A DNA stretch of 63,079 bases, counting the filler, from Octopus bimaculoides (Eukaryota): the NCBI RefSeq assembly GCF_001194135.2. It is 4 parts of 3 records of this genome, joined end to end, with 100 filler letters (N's around TTAATTAATTAA, not from the genome) between each part and the next. Parts side by side here need not be neighbours in the genome. Positions count along the whole stretch, not along the records: positions 31,676 to 57,650 come from NC_068997.1; 3 more parts are not named here. One strand, written 5' to 3'. Positions 33,720-46,823 of this stretch are shown one piece after another. The notes under the pieces were generated by a model. That model saw only the letters and a program-made list of their open reading frames with translations. It was not told the origin of the DNA and searched no databases. The position numbers were made by a program, and so were the translations under genes. Position 1 is the stretch's first letter, and every line of letters starts with the position of its first letter.

Positions 33720-36700
33720 TCATGCTAAGATGAGATGATGATCATGGTGTACCACTCTGGCTGGGCCTTCTCCATCACCTCAATGTGATACTGATTGCCC
33801 TTCATAAACATCAGCCTCTCAAGGTTACCATCAAACAGGGTAGCTCTCTTATCCCTCAAAATATCTTTGCCTATAGAGAATAGGTGCTCAACTGCAGCAC
33901 TGGACGGTACAGCAGTGTTATACTTGGTGAACAAAAAACAACTTCAGTCAGGACCTCCTTCAAGATGGCCTCCAGCTAGGTCTTCACCAAGTTCTGCACC
34001 TTGTATTTCAATGACGTGGGGCTTCTGCTCTGGAACCAAGTAATGTTGCAACATTAACCACCATCTACATGGACTCTGCCAGGAAGCCAACATCAGAATC
34101 AGTGAAGGTCTGCAGCTTCAGCTATATCATCCCCCTGTGGACAACTCCCCTATTCTTCTCCAACAAGTTGTTGAGGACAACAACAGAGTCTCATAGGTAG
34201 AGTTCCATCTGCTACTGTTGGGGACCACCAGCCTCCTCTTCAACATGTCCAGAATGCTATCTGTCGCCACCGTGCAGCAGCTCTGCAGATTCAACAGCCA
34301 CTGTACCTTGGACGTGGTTTTCCTGTAGGCTGACTTGAATGAAGCACTGTCAAGAGCCTTGTTGGCATCCATGCTGGTTAGCAAGTTGAAGGTATGGGCT
34401 GCGCACTTCATGAGCACAGGCTGCTGGACTTGTTAAGGATGGCATCATCAACAGAGATGTACTCAATTTTGTCCACGTTCCCAGCCTCATGATCCACGTC
34501 CAGGTCCACATCTTCAACACCCTCTATGTCTGGATCATCAACAGCTTCAGGAATGTTTGGCAAGAGTTCAACTTCTGTACCAATCTGCATATATGTCTTA
34601 ACAAAGTTTTTGCCATTGTCCATCATAGTCCTGGTTACCTGTCTTGCAGATGGAACTTGTAATGGGTGTCCACCATGGCCCAGTTGAGAACATCAAAGGT
34701 GTGATGTCCTTTGAGCCAAGAGCAGGCCAGGAAGGTATGTTGTCTCATGCGGGGCCTGGGGTCCAGCCAGTGTGCCATCATCCCCAGGTAGGACCAGTTG
34801 TGGGCTGACCAACAGTCCATGGTGGTTGTCTGGTTGTCACCCAGGGAACATCCTTGAGCAATTTGTAATTAAAAGATGTTAAACTGTAAAGAGGCATAGG
34901 TTGTAAAGTTAAAAACCTAAAATTATGTATATATAGCAATAATAAATCTCTGATCGAGATGTAAGCAGTAGCAGCACAACTAGTGTCCAATCAGTATTTG
35001 TGAAGGGAAATCATTGTTCCCATCTCTAGCCTTACGTGATACACACGGACCCGAGTTTCACTATCCAGAAACCCAGGTCTGTGTGTATCACATAAGGCTA
35101 GAGATAGGATCGGACACAGACAGTGTGTTGTTAACCAGCTGGAGATGTCTTCCTGGGGCTATAAACTACAGTAGCATCATCTCATATGGGTCAGCCACAT
35201 TTAGGTAACAAATATACTTCACGATAAATATATAGATATAAAATAATCAAGGTGGCTAGCAGCAATTTAAAACCAACAAGGAAATAATTCACAATCACTA
35301 AGAGTAACAAGGGTGCAGTGAGCACAAGCATTGCAAGAAATAGGAGTCGTAGACTCCTTAGCCACAAAAGCACATGGTCTCTTTGTATGGATAGGGGATA
35401 AAACCCTCCCCATTGTGAGTGAGATGCATTAGATTAGCATGTTAATTTTGTATAGGAAATTAATACTCATCAGTAATGCTCACTCCATCACAGTTGGTAG
35501 AGACCAACACACCCTGTCAATATTATGGAGAATGCCATTGGAATCAGTGACTGATTTCACAAAATGGCAATTTAAAACTAACAAGGAAATAATTCAACGT
35601 CACTATATATAAACTGTCACAGAGTATAATCTACAAAAAAAACTAGCCTCTCATCTGCATCTCCACACAAACTGCAATGGTTTTTGTGAGCATGTGGTTT
35701 GTATAATTTTTTGTGGGTAGGAAGGAGGCAAGACATTCGATCATACTATCTTATAACAATATTTTGTTTATAGAAATTACACAGATTGTAATTTAATATC
35801 TGTTACTAGGCTGTTCTAAATTCATGGAAGTATTGCTTATAATTTAAAGCATTGTTATTAAACTTTTGAAAATAGTGACACTACCTTGATAGGTGATGTA
35901 TTGGTGGGGGATGAATAACCGAGAGGAGGGATGGAATGATGGTTGGAATTTGGTAAGTTCAGAACTTAAGATTCATTTATTCATTATTTCATTAAAGGTT
36001 GCTGCTTTGGCTGTACAGACTTAATCATGAGTGGAATATATATATACTGTATATTATATATTATGACATTTAATTCAATTAGGCTATTATACATTTTATT
36101 ATATTTATTTAATAAATAATTAAATTATATTAAGAAAATATGAAGTATGGCATAATAATAATTTAACAATTTTGTATAATTTTAATTTATAAATGCCTTG
36201 CATGATACTCCTCCAACTGTTTATGGCTGGCCAAGATCATCCTGCCCAGAGTGCGGCGGGACATTGACGTCTTGTTGGGGTTCAGTGTTTTGATCAGTCT
36301 GACCGTGGTGGGGAACTACATACAGTGGTAGCATGTTGTCAACAAACAGGTCTACAATCTTTCTGTCCACCATAGACTGATGGATGTCAGTGCCAGCAGT
36401 TTGGGCAAACACTTCGCCAATCCTGGGCTGGCATGATTTCTTTGTTCATGGCTGTGATGACTGGCTACTGGCACTGCTACCAGAAGATTGCCTATGTTTC
36501 CCATGAGAAGAGCCGGCCTTGATCCTCTCCTCAAACTAGATGGCATGTGCTTGGTGTTTCCTCTTGAAATGTGACTGTAAGTTGTAGAGGCTCGCCGCTT
36601 GTCCCTTGATGTTGGTCTCCTTGGGCTGGCAGGATTTTGGCATTCTTCTTATCCCTTGAGGTAAGGAAAAAGTAATCCTCCAGGTGGAGCCATGACTTCT

Positions 36701-37188
36701 GAGATGCCTGGGTCTCAACCTGAGTGGCTTCTGCCTCACCCACAGCTGTTGCAGACTCCTCAACAGGCCCTTCATCCTCAGGCCCTACAAAAATATCTTC
36801 ACCTTCCATAATGATAAGTGATAACTTGATAAGCTGATAATGTACACTGCTGTTGCTGACATTGAAAGACTGTCAGCAATGTGACAACGTTGTAAGTGAA
36901 CACAGCTCAAAACTGCACAATGCTGCTCAGCTAGCTGCTGTTGCATTGACCAATCATGTCTTGTCATGCGTACAAATAGTCAGCCAATAGTGTGCCTGAT
37001 GGACTCTTCGAGACATGCCCACAACAGACAGGAACAAATGTATAAATTTTGTTAACGGGACTAAATTTAACAGAAACTAATTGGTTTGCTAACTGTTTCG
37101 AAAGTTAGCGAAAATGCTAATCTGCTAAACGAAAAGTTAGCTTTGCTAATTAGTTGTTAGCAGATTAGTGAAACTGTGCCAACCACTG
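33720..37188 (-). pseudogene. hAT transposon with fragmented transposase; one terminus preserved
   Basis: Terminus CAGTGGTTGGCAC at 37188 with GCTAA(C/T) subterminal repeats; BED-like WLHLEDYF...NLQSHFKRKH; DCWS..SYLG..AHW; DNGKNFVK; CAAHTFNL; RWNSTY; dimerisation motif PSSAAVEHLFS..R..L...LERL. Confidence 0.9.
35019..35108. other. 41-bp stem / 8-nt loop hairpin
   Basis: 36 Watson-Crick pairs, 1 G-T and 4 C-A positions on the plus strand. Confidence 0.85.
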
Positions 37189-37847
37189 TGTATGTATGTG
37201 TGTGTATATATATATATGGTTCACAGATGAGATCCAGAGATTATCCATATATTCCATCTTTTAACTACACTATATTAAGATCTGAAACATAAGATCTTCT
37301 CTGCCCTAATGACAGCGGCTCATCTTATCCAATGTTGATTGTGTCCATTACAGCCACATATTGTGATGAACTAAATCTACCAACATTATTATGGATCGCC
37401 GAGCCCCCAGAAATGGCTCTGAGAATTATAACACCTTTCTTCCACTCATTTAATTTTCTTTCTTGTTTGTATTCTGTGTAAGCTGGACATATTATAAATA
37501 TCTATATATCTACACTTAAAAATTCAGTAACTGAAAGTCTCCACCTTTTTCATGTATACAGATATACATATTTTTTATTTCATACCCAAACTAATATATT
37601 ATATATATANNNNNNNNNNNNNNNNNNNNNNNNNNNNNNNNNNNNNNNNNNNNNNNNNNNNNNNNNNNNNNNNNNNNNNNNNNNNNNNNNNNNNNNATAT
37701 TGTTGACAGCATAAGAATTATATAAACTTTCAAGGGAACAAGAAATAATTCTTTTTTGAAATAGTATATACATCTTGAAACACCCAGCGTTTACATGCTA
37801 TTATTTATAATTTTACATGAGCACTTTGAGATATATTATTCCCAAAA

Positions 37848-37893
<46 letters not shown>

Positions 37894-37906
37894 GCACACA
37901 CATATA

Positions 37907-38751
37907 CAATGTGCAATGGGTAGATTGTTACCGTTTTATATTTTCAATTTCACGCATGTGCATTGTTTGTTTACACAGTGTAGTAGGGTAAGTTGGACAA
38001 CGTTTGTGAGAAAAACAGCACCATGATGCAATTCACTCCGCCAGAAATTTTGAAATGACATGCTGTACTGCTTGGCATTCACACTAGAATCTCCAATACA
38101 AACGTTTCAGTGTTTGGGTGTCAATTTGAGGACATGTACTGAGAGTGATACAAATCAAACATCCAGTCAACATCATGTTGTTTGTAGTGACTACTAGTGA
38201 TGGTGACATTATGCCTCCATTCATCTTCCCACATGGCCTCAGACTCAATACTGAGGTCTACATCAAGTGCCTGGAGGAGGTAGTGCTGCCCTGGGTCAAG
38301 AGGGTGGCTGTTGGAACACCCTATGTCTAGCAACAGGATTCTGCACCATACCACACAAGCAGGAGAACCCAGTCATGGCTGTCAGACAATTTCTGCAGCC
38401 ACATCACCCCTAACATCTGGTCACCTAACTCCCCAGACTGCAACCCCCTTGACTATTATGTGTGGGGTGCAGTTGAGCGAGAGACCAACAAAAGTCCTTG
38501 TAACACCAAAGATGAAGGCAAGGATTATGGCAGCATTCATCGACTTAAACAAGGAAACCATCCAGAAGAGTTGGAGGAAATTCCAAAGTTGTCTAGAGGC
38601 TGTTCTTGAAGCCAATGGTGATTTTATTGAATACTCTTTAGTATTTCAAGACATTTTTTTGTAATTTTGGTAAAAATATCTGTTAAAATGACATGTCAGT
38701 GTTATTTTCATTTTTGCATAATTTAGACGACAATTTCTTCACTGCACCTTG
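37907..38751 (+). mobile_element. Internally deleted maT (DD37D) Tc1/mariner element with both TIRs and TA target duplication
   Basis: TA|CAATGTGCAATGGG ... CACTGCACCTTG|TA; QQD-37aa-D (WSPNSPDCNPLDYYVWG). Confidence 0.92.
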
Positions 38752-38801
38752 TACATTAGACACTGGCACAGGTGTAGCTGTGTGGTAAGAAGCTTGCTTC
38801 C

Positions 38802-40070
38802 ATGCATGCGTCACCCAGAGTGTATTTGGTTTGTCGGTTGTGTCAGACGTTGGTTTTTGTTGCTGCTTTGAGGATAGAGACAATGCACTCAAACTTTAGC
38901 GGGTCTGAGTTGTCTTCATCAGAAGAGGAGCTGGTAAGGGCAGTCATAGAGATGGACGGAGTGTTGGAAAAGACAAGGAGTTTTGCTTGGGTTACGGAGA
39001 TGAAGCGAAGGGAGTTAGACTTGGCCGGTCTGAAGGAGTATGAGAAGATGGTACAGAAGGTGGGAGGGGAAGTGAAGCTGTCGCGCCCCCAAAAGAATTA
39101 TGGAGTGAATGGAAAGAAGAACAATCACCTATAAGGTGTTCTTGCTAAAAGGGAAAAAGGCTGAGCAGGTGGAAGCTGAAACGGAAAAAGCACTAAGGGA
39201 GAAGTCAAAAGAAATAATATACATGACGAAAGGAAGAAAATATGGCACAATGGTCGTACAATTTAGAACAGTAGAGGAGGATGGCGAATGTGGTGGTGAA
39301 AACAGAGGAGGTAGTGCTTCTGCCCATACACCTTAGAAGAAAGACTTCCAAGGTGAGGGTAGAAGCAATTCCACTGGATATAGAAGTGGCTTGGGTGGCG
39401 GCAGCTGTCCTTGTTGGTAGTGAGGAGAAGGTAGCTGTCCTCCAAGCCACAGAAACAGAAGGAGGAAGATGGAAAGGAAGGACACTGGAGTTAATCATTC
39501 AAGCGGAGGAGGGTCATCTCGAGAACTTAGCAGAGACGGTGACGTTGGGGGAAATCGTGCTGAGGGTATGGGTAGAGGGCAGACAACCACGTTGTTTTAA
39601 ATGTGGCCAAATGGGCCACATTAGAGCATACTGCCCCCTACAGAGGACAATGGTTGAAGATACTGTTGTGGAGATGGAAGAGAAATGAGAGGAAGAAAGG
39701 AGAAAAAGGAGGAAGACTGGAAGGTTGATTCAGAGAGCAGAAGCAGAAAGAGGAAAAAAAGAAAAACACTGAGTATGATGTGGTACCCCAGTCCAACTCC
39801 ATCCTACCCAAGACCACTCAGATCCACCCTCCCCATACAGACACCAAATCCATCCACAGTAAAAGAGAGAACAGACACCACAAAATTTAGACGACTCTGC
39901 TCCCGGTGAAAAAGGTTATGAATGCATGGAGGAGAGAATAATAACGTTAAGTGATGGAAAAAGAGGAAAAAGGTTAGAACTGAAAGGAAAAAAGGACTTA
40001 GGACTCAGAGGCAGCGAGTGGTGCTACTCAGTGTGGGGTGAGTAGCACACTCTTCATAATATCATTTTCA
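38802..40070 (+). mobile_element. Tx1/L1-like ORF1-containing element, copy 1 (no ORF2 seen)
   Basis: RKYGTMVVQF...KVRVEAIP...LRVWVEGRQPRCFKCGQMGHIRAYCP (CCHC knuckle); 3' stem-loop GTGCTACTC/GAGTAGCAC; begins right after a SINE A head (38765-38801). Confidence 0.75.
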
Positions 40071-41152
40071 GATATCATTCATGTTATCATATTTTTAATT
40101 TGTTATTCACGTTGTTATCCACTTCTACTTGGTATGAAACTAATACATCTGCTTGCTGTTGTTTCAACTGTTTTCTGTACATCTGAACTATATATAAGTT
40201 TGTCCTTCAAATTTAATAATGTCCTAGTAACTCCCAAAACTAAATAGATACATTAGAACCTAGTCAGTGACCAGGTCACAACTGGTGCAATGAAAATTTT
40301 GATATTAAATAATAATGTTTAAGGAAACATTTTGTATAGTTTTGAATGGCTTATATGCTCTCCATGCTGTAATTGCTTTACTTTTAATACAAAGATTCAG
40401 ATGAAATCCCTTGTTGGATAAGTACATCTCTTGAAATTTAAATAAAAAATGTGAAAAAGAAATAAAGAAGAAAACAGAAGCTGCCAAAAGTTATTTTTGT
40501 ACATTGGCGATCATTGAAGTCAACAATTTGGTGCCTCAACAGGTGATCATGTATCCATGCAGGGAATCAAAGAACCACAACTGCTACACTTACACTACAC
40601 CTTCAATGTATAGTGCATTGTTGCAAATGTGATACCCTCTAAACTCACACACTATCCCAATGAAAGACCTGCTGATTGTTGTACCATCTTTAGTCATCCA
40701 TAATAGAATTATGACTATGGCTGACTATACAATGCTTCAACGAGGGCTGCAGTCATTTTGTAGTAACACAGAAAAGTGCAACTACTGCCATCAACACACC
40801 TTCCTTGCACATGAAACAACAGAAATGATGATAATTCACAGTCAACAATGTGTGGAATACTCCAGCAACAAGATTAATTAGCCATTAATTGTGGGAGGAG
40901 GGTCTGTTATGTGGCCCAGTCTTATTCCTCTGATTAATACAATGTATTAAGAATGAGCCATGTGCACGAAAAAGTCCAGACAACTGAGCTTGAACAAGAA
41001 TTTAGGAGACTGCTCATATGAATGAAGATCTCCAGACCACACAATACCATCTAATTCGGTGTGTCTAGACCATAAACTATCATACCAGATGTCTGCCATA
41101 AATCATGGTTTCTAACTCAGCATGGCAGAATATTGGCTGCTGCCAGCCTTAA

Positions 41153-41364
41153 CCCTTTAGTATTTAAACTGACCATGCCTGGTCAAAATATTCTGCCCGT
41201 CTTAAGTCCAAACTGACCAGATCTGGTTTCTCACACCAACCCCACCATATCATTCTAAAAACAAACCTCATCAAAATTTCATAGATACCAAATCGTACAT
41301 GATTAATTCAAAAGTGAGAACAATTAAGCATTGCTTTTGATAGAATAATGTGAATGCTAAAGTG
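41153..41364. mobile_element. piggyBac-type MITE
   Basis: TTAA|CCCTTTAG ... CTAAAGTG|TTAA. Confidence 0.7.
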
Positions 41365-41642
41365 TTAAAGATGTGGAGACAAAAGGTATTTTTTCATGCT
41401 TCATTTGAATGAAAACATGCTAGTAAGCAGACACACAGATACTCAATATTCATATGTACACATTATCAATTGACATTGACTCCTTTGAGTTTATTTGCCC
41501 TTCAACAGGTCTTGTTTTTCATCCTGCATGATTTCCCAAATCATCAAACTAGATTTGTGTGGTTGCCAGCTTAGTCCCCATATGCAAAACACGAGTTATG
41601 TTACCAATAACCCTCCATTGTAATTAACATTAATGTGTTCCA

Positions 41643-42060
41643 CAGCATCGAGCTGACAAAATCCCTAGCATACCAGGCAAAATGCTTAGCAATATTTCAT
41701 CCAACTTCACATTCTAAGTTCAAATTCTGTCAAAGTCAACTCTACTTCTCATTCTTTCTAGGTCAATAAAATAAGTACCAGTCGATGTAATCAACTTACC
41801 CCATCCCTTGAAATGACTGGCCTAATGCCAAAATTTTAAACTAATATAATTTGTCCTAAGGTAGCAAGCTGGCAGAAGCATTAGCTTGCCAGCCAAAATG
41901 TTTATCAGTATTTCATGTCATTACATTATGAGTTCAAATACCACAGGCTCATCCTTTAGGATTGATAAAATATGTACCAGTTGAACACTGGGGTCGATGC
42001 AATTGTCTTACTCCCTTCCCTGAAATTGCTGGGCTTGTGCCAAAATTTTAAAGCAATATT
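41643..42060 (+). mobile_element. Two tandem degenerate SINE D copies
   Basis: Heads GAGCTGACAAAATC and AAGCTGGCAGAAGC, each with AAAAT(A)AGTACCAG..GTCGATG and a CCAAAATTTTAAA tail. Confidence 0.7.
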
Positions 42061-42540
42061 AATTTGTCCATTTTTCTTTTTCATTTTGCTAATTCTTTAT
42101 ATATAAAAATAACAGGAGCAACACAACAAATTCCATTAAGAAATTCTTAACAATGTAGCATGCATTTATCTAAATTTAATTGCAAGAATTTGGGTTAGAC
42201 ATTTGCCCACTATCTCTTCTATGTGTAATCCCATCAACAAGTAAACTAGTCTGGACTTGAGAACAATACAATTGAATAAAAATTTGCCTTTCAACTTCAG
42301 GGCTCCTCTAAGCTTTATTTGCAGTAAATCCTTTCTTCTGTTGAGATGAATCAGTATTGTATTGTCATTGCAAATGGACAAAAACGAAAATGTTAAAAGA
42401 GTTCTGAAGATTGTTTACTTTGAAGTAAATTCTTCAATGTCTTGTGATCTTTTTTCTAATTTCTTTCAAGAAATATCTCTTACAACTGAAAAAAATTTCA
42501 TATTTGTAGCAAGAGCCACATATTTATCACTATAATGTAT

Positions 42541-42850
42541 GCCTTTTACTTGTTTCAGTCACCAGACCACCTTGAAGAATGTTTTGGTCAAACAAATTGA
42601 CCTGGTACTTATTCTATTGGTCTCTTTTGTCAAACCTCTAAGTTATGGGAATGTAAGCACACGAACACCAATTATCAGATGGTGAGGGGACACAGACAGA
42701 TTGATATACATACATGATGGGCATCTTTCAGTTTCTGCCTACCAAATCCACTTACAAGGCTTCGGTCAGCCTTCAATATACCTGAATGTATAGTGGAACT
42801 GAACCTGAAACCATGTTTGGGAAGCAAGCTTAACACACCTGTACCCATGT
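42541..42850 (-). mobile_element. SINE family A, degenerate
   Basis: TTTTACTTGTTTCAGTC ... TTTCTGCCTACCAAATCCAC ... GAACCTGAAACCATG. Confidence 0.7.
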
Positions 42851-45147
42851 CCAACATTTTGAAACAAAACCATAAACCACAATTTTCTACATTGTGTATG
42901 ATGCATGGAAGGTGTAATTGTTCCCGTGTGATGTTAGTATGCCAGAAGTAAAACTAAACCAATGACCTACCTAAAGCAAATTAACATTCCTCATTTCACT
43001 ACTGAGTTGTAACTATTGTCCAAAAAGATTTCTATCTTGTTTATCTTTATTGATTATAACAGCATGAAAACTCCTAGCAGTTGGCATCATTTCTAATTTA
43101 GTTCTAGCTGTCCTCTTGGACCAATGAATCTTGAGGATGTGAGCCAAATCCAAAGATAGTTTAAATACTGAATGTTTTAAGAGACAAGACCTCAAGAAAG
43201 AGGATGTAAATGAACAATGGTATTCCATAGAACAGTCATCTAATTCATGCTTGTATGAGGAAAATTTGATAGTAATTCCATTTTTAAAAATTTATGCAAT
43301 AAAAATACCTTGTGTAATCAGACATTATTTATATGCACTTGTAGCAACAAAAGTTTGTAATTATAGCAAAATAAAAAATGCTCCAGCTGCACCAAGTATC
43401 ATTATCCAAGGTAGCTGAATATTTTTCAGTATGGAATATAAAATAAAACAGAGACAATTTTTGTCAATCAAGATTCTCCTAGGAAAAAGTAATTTTTTTG
43501 CATTTCTTCATTTTTATATATCTTTAAAACTTTGTGCTTTTATAATATTTACATTGTTCATTTTGAATATATATCGTTTTACATCATTCAATTTCTAAAG
43601 TATAGAAGGGTATCCAAATGTAGAAACCATTGCAAAGCAGATGTCAGAGCATGAAATTGCACCAGTCATATCAGGTCAAAGCCATCCAACCCATGCCAGC
43701 ATGGAACATGGGTGTTAAATGAAGATACTTTCAGCCAACGTAGTTGTGATGTTTATGGATTACAGAATGTTTATAATTAGAGCAAACATTACTCTCGCCA
43801 ACATCACAAGCAGATTGAGTCTCCAAATATCCGGAAATATTTATCAAAGTAGTAGAGAACCAGGTTTTGGGGAGTCAGTAAGTTACCAAACGTATTCATA
43901 AAATACTTTTACAAGAGACTTGAATGACATCCCATCAAACAATAGCTTAGATGGCTATGGACTCCTCACTACTGAGTTACAATAATTCAACTTGGCTAAT
44001 AACAGTTCAGTGTCCTACCATGGTTTCAGAAAATGTCCATGCAAAATATCCGCTATCATTTATTTCTCTAGTGATTCTCCATTTCCAACCATCAGATCCT
44101 GTGAGGAACATCCTACAAAACTTTTCTTGCCAGAATTGTAATATTTCAAAATTTTTCTATGTTAACTTAAAAGTTAAATTAACCCTACATCAACCTCATC
44201 AGTGTTGGTAGGCCTTAAATGGTTATAGATATAGATCATCTTCCTTGGAGTAGATCTAATAACGTAACTGACAAAATCCATTTCTATAGTTAGATGCTTT
44301 TGTTGGTAGGCTAACACTAAATGATTTCTGCTTTACATTTCAGTACACTAGCGAGTTAAACATCTCTTATTTACAAAATTAGTTCACAGAATATCTTCCT
44401 ATAAAGTTGACAGGATGAATGCAATATCATACTAAGAAGCTTACATTTGCAACTCTTATACAAAATTCTTTTCACAGAGTTGAAGATATCACGAATTTTT
44501 GAAGAACCTGTTACTAAGCCAAGTCTTGCAAGTGTAAATACTGTTCTTCACACTTGGCCTTTACGTTAACACTCAAGATATCATATCAGTCTCAAATTTG
44601 TGAATCTTTTAAATCTACATTGAGGTTAATTCATAATCGCTAAAGAAATAGAAAACCAAAAGGTCTTCTGGAATATATATATATGAAGAATGTGTGAAGT
44701 AGTAGACACTGACTGTAGATCTACAAAAGGTAGAGAAAATTAGAGAATGAACTATGTCTAGGAGAAATAACTATACTGATAAAGACGTGATACCTTTCAC
44801 AAGCTGAGTATCAAATAGAAGTGCCATGAGTTGTTAATGGAGGATATCCATAATAGAAGCCAAGACAAGCTATGTTGAACAACAGAACTATTCGAGTCAT
44901 ACCAGTATAAAGGCATTTAAAACATTTTAGATCACCAATATTAATATTTGTGACAATATATCACTATAAATTAATAAAAATTTGGTAAAATTCAGGAAAA
45001 AAAAAAAAAAAATTAACATATTTTCTTTTGATAAATATCTATCTGTTCACTGATATAAGTCAAGACAAAATATACATAACCAGTAATAACCTGAGGGTAG
45101 TTGGAATCATTTTGAATGTGGTTTGTACCTGCAGCAACAAACTAGAC

Positions 45148-45346
45148 CAGTGTTTCTCAACCACTTTTTATCATGGACTCTTCTAGACATTTAAGGTTAA
45201 AAAAAACCTGTTATATTTTATAATTAAATATTAAGAATTTTATTAAAACTTAAAATACTTCGTATATTGTATTGTAGAAGTATAACCAATTGATTGCACA
45301 TAATTTTTAACTGCAAAATCTTATATGGACTGGTTGAGAATCACTG
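45148..45346. mobile_element. hAT (Charlie-type) MITE with 8-bp TSD
   Basis: TIRs CAGTGTTTCTCAACC / GGTTGAGAATCACTG; flanks AACTAGAC / AACTAGAT. Confidence 0.9.
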
Positions 45347-45488
45347 AACTAGATCTATAAGTAACAGGACATGGCTAAGATAGTGTTGAAATGTGAAGAG
45401 AATCTTGAGACAAGGTCTAACAGATAGAAGCAAATTAGAAGGCGGTGAGCTGACAAACGTTAGCACACAGGTCGAACTGCTTAGCGGT

Positions 45489-46823
45489 GTAACAGCTCCG
45501 TGAAGTTGATACGTAGTGATTCTGAGTAGTTTTTGTGCTGCTTTGCAGCGGTTTGGATGTTTACGTGTGTGGTTTGTTTGTACTTTCTCTTCTCATAGGA
45601 GAAGAGAAAGCTGGTTAAAGAATGTCTGAAGACAGTTATAGTTACTCAGACATGTCATCGTCCGAGGAGTTGCTGAGGTAGCAACTTGCAAAGAAACAAG
45701 TGGATATCAGGGAATTCAGAAGACACAGAAGAAATGAACTGAGATGGGTTTGAAGTGAAACTGTCACCCTTGCAAGAGATTAAAAACGGAATAAGGGAAA
45801 AGCTGATAATCTATCGAACCTTTTCGATAAATAAAGGAAGAATAGACGTTGTCACGACAGAACAAATAGAAAAAGCGTTAAAGCAGATTTGGGAAGACAT
45901 AATATGCCTGACTAGAGGTTCAACATTTGGAAGTGGAGGTGAGGTAATGGGGACATAAATAAAGGAAGAATAGACGTTGTCACGACAGAACAAATAGAAA
46001 AAGCGTTAAAGCAGATTTGGGAAGACATAATATGCCTGACTAGAGGTTCAACATTTGGAACAGTGGAGGTGAGGTTTTGTAATGCAGTAGCAGCGTCGAC
46101 AATTCGGAGTGAAGAAGTGGTGCTGTTACCCACATAGAGGCATGAGAACAAGGGTCACGGTTGAAGGAATCCCACCGGAGATTGACGTAGCCTGGGTGGC
46201 AGATGGTAATGGGGACAACATAGTAGTGCTCCAGACCAAGAAAAAAAAGAGTGCGTCAACTGGAGATGATAGTCCAGGATTCAAAAGAAACAATGTTAAA
46301 GATTACGGAAGAAATAATTATGGCTGTCAGGGTGGAAGGAAGAGTTCCACGCTGCTTTAAATGTGGCCTGAAGGGACACATAAGAGCAGAATGTATATCA
46401 AAGCCTAGAAAAAAGCGAGCAGAAAGGAAGTAACCAAAAAAGAAAAGTAGCAGAAATAGGACAAAGTATATTGGAACTGCGGGGTATGATAATGCGGAGG
46501 AACATCACTCGTGTGTAATACCAGACAAGAAGCAGGAGGAAAAAATACAAGAATATGGGGTTGGATTTTATTTTTGGGAGGTGGACTGCAGTTGGAGCTC
46601 ATTCCCAGAATTTACTACATACAATAGGTGGCTGGAGGAAACAGGTATCGATGTGTTAGAAGGTTCAGGATTTAAAAAGTAGAAAATGAGGCCACTCATA
46701 AGTGGGGGCGAGTGGTTCTATTTCCAGGTCTTCATACATTATAACATTCATTTTATTTTCTATGTTTTATGTCCCACGTTTTGTCATCTCTATGTTTAGC
46801 CCCCAGTGGGCAATAAAGAAATT
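45489..46823 (+). mobile_element. Tx1/L1-like ORF1-only element, copy 2, inserted inside a SINE D head
   Basis: RVTVEGIPPEIDVAWV...VRVEGRVPRCFKCGLKGHIRAEC; 3' stem-loop GCCACTC/GAGTGGT; AATAAA at 46812; SINE D is split at TTAGCGGT (45481-45488) and resumes GGTATTTCGTC at 46824. Confidence 0.8.

Noticed and set aside
45090-45135. 38-nt exon candidate (TGCTGCAG|...CAG|GTTATT)
   Set aside because: Poor donor and lies beyond the repeat-poor island among TE insertions.
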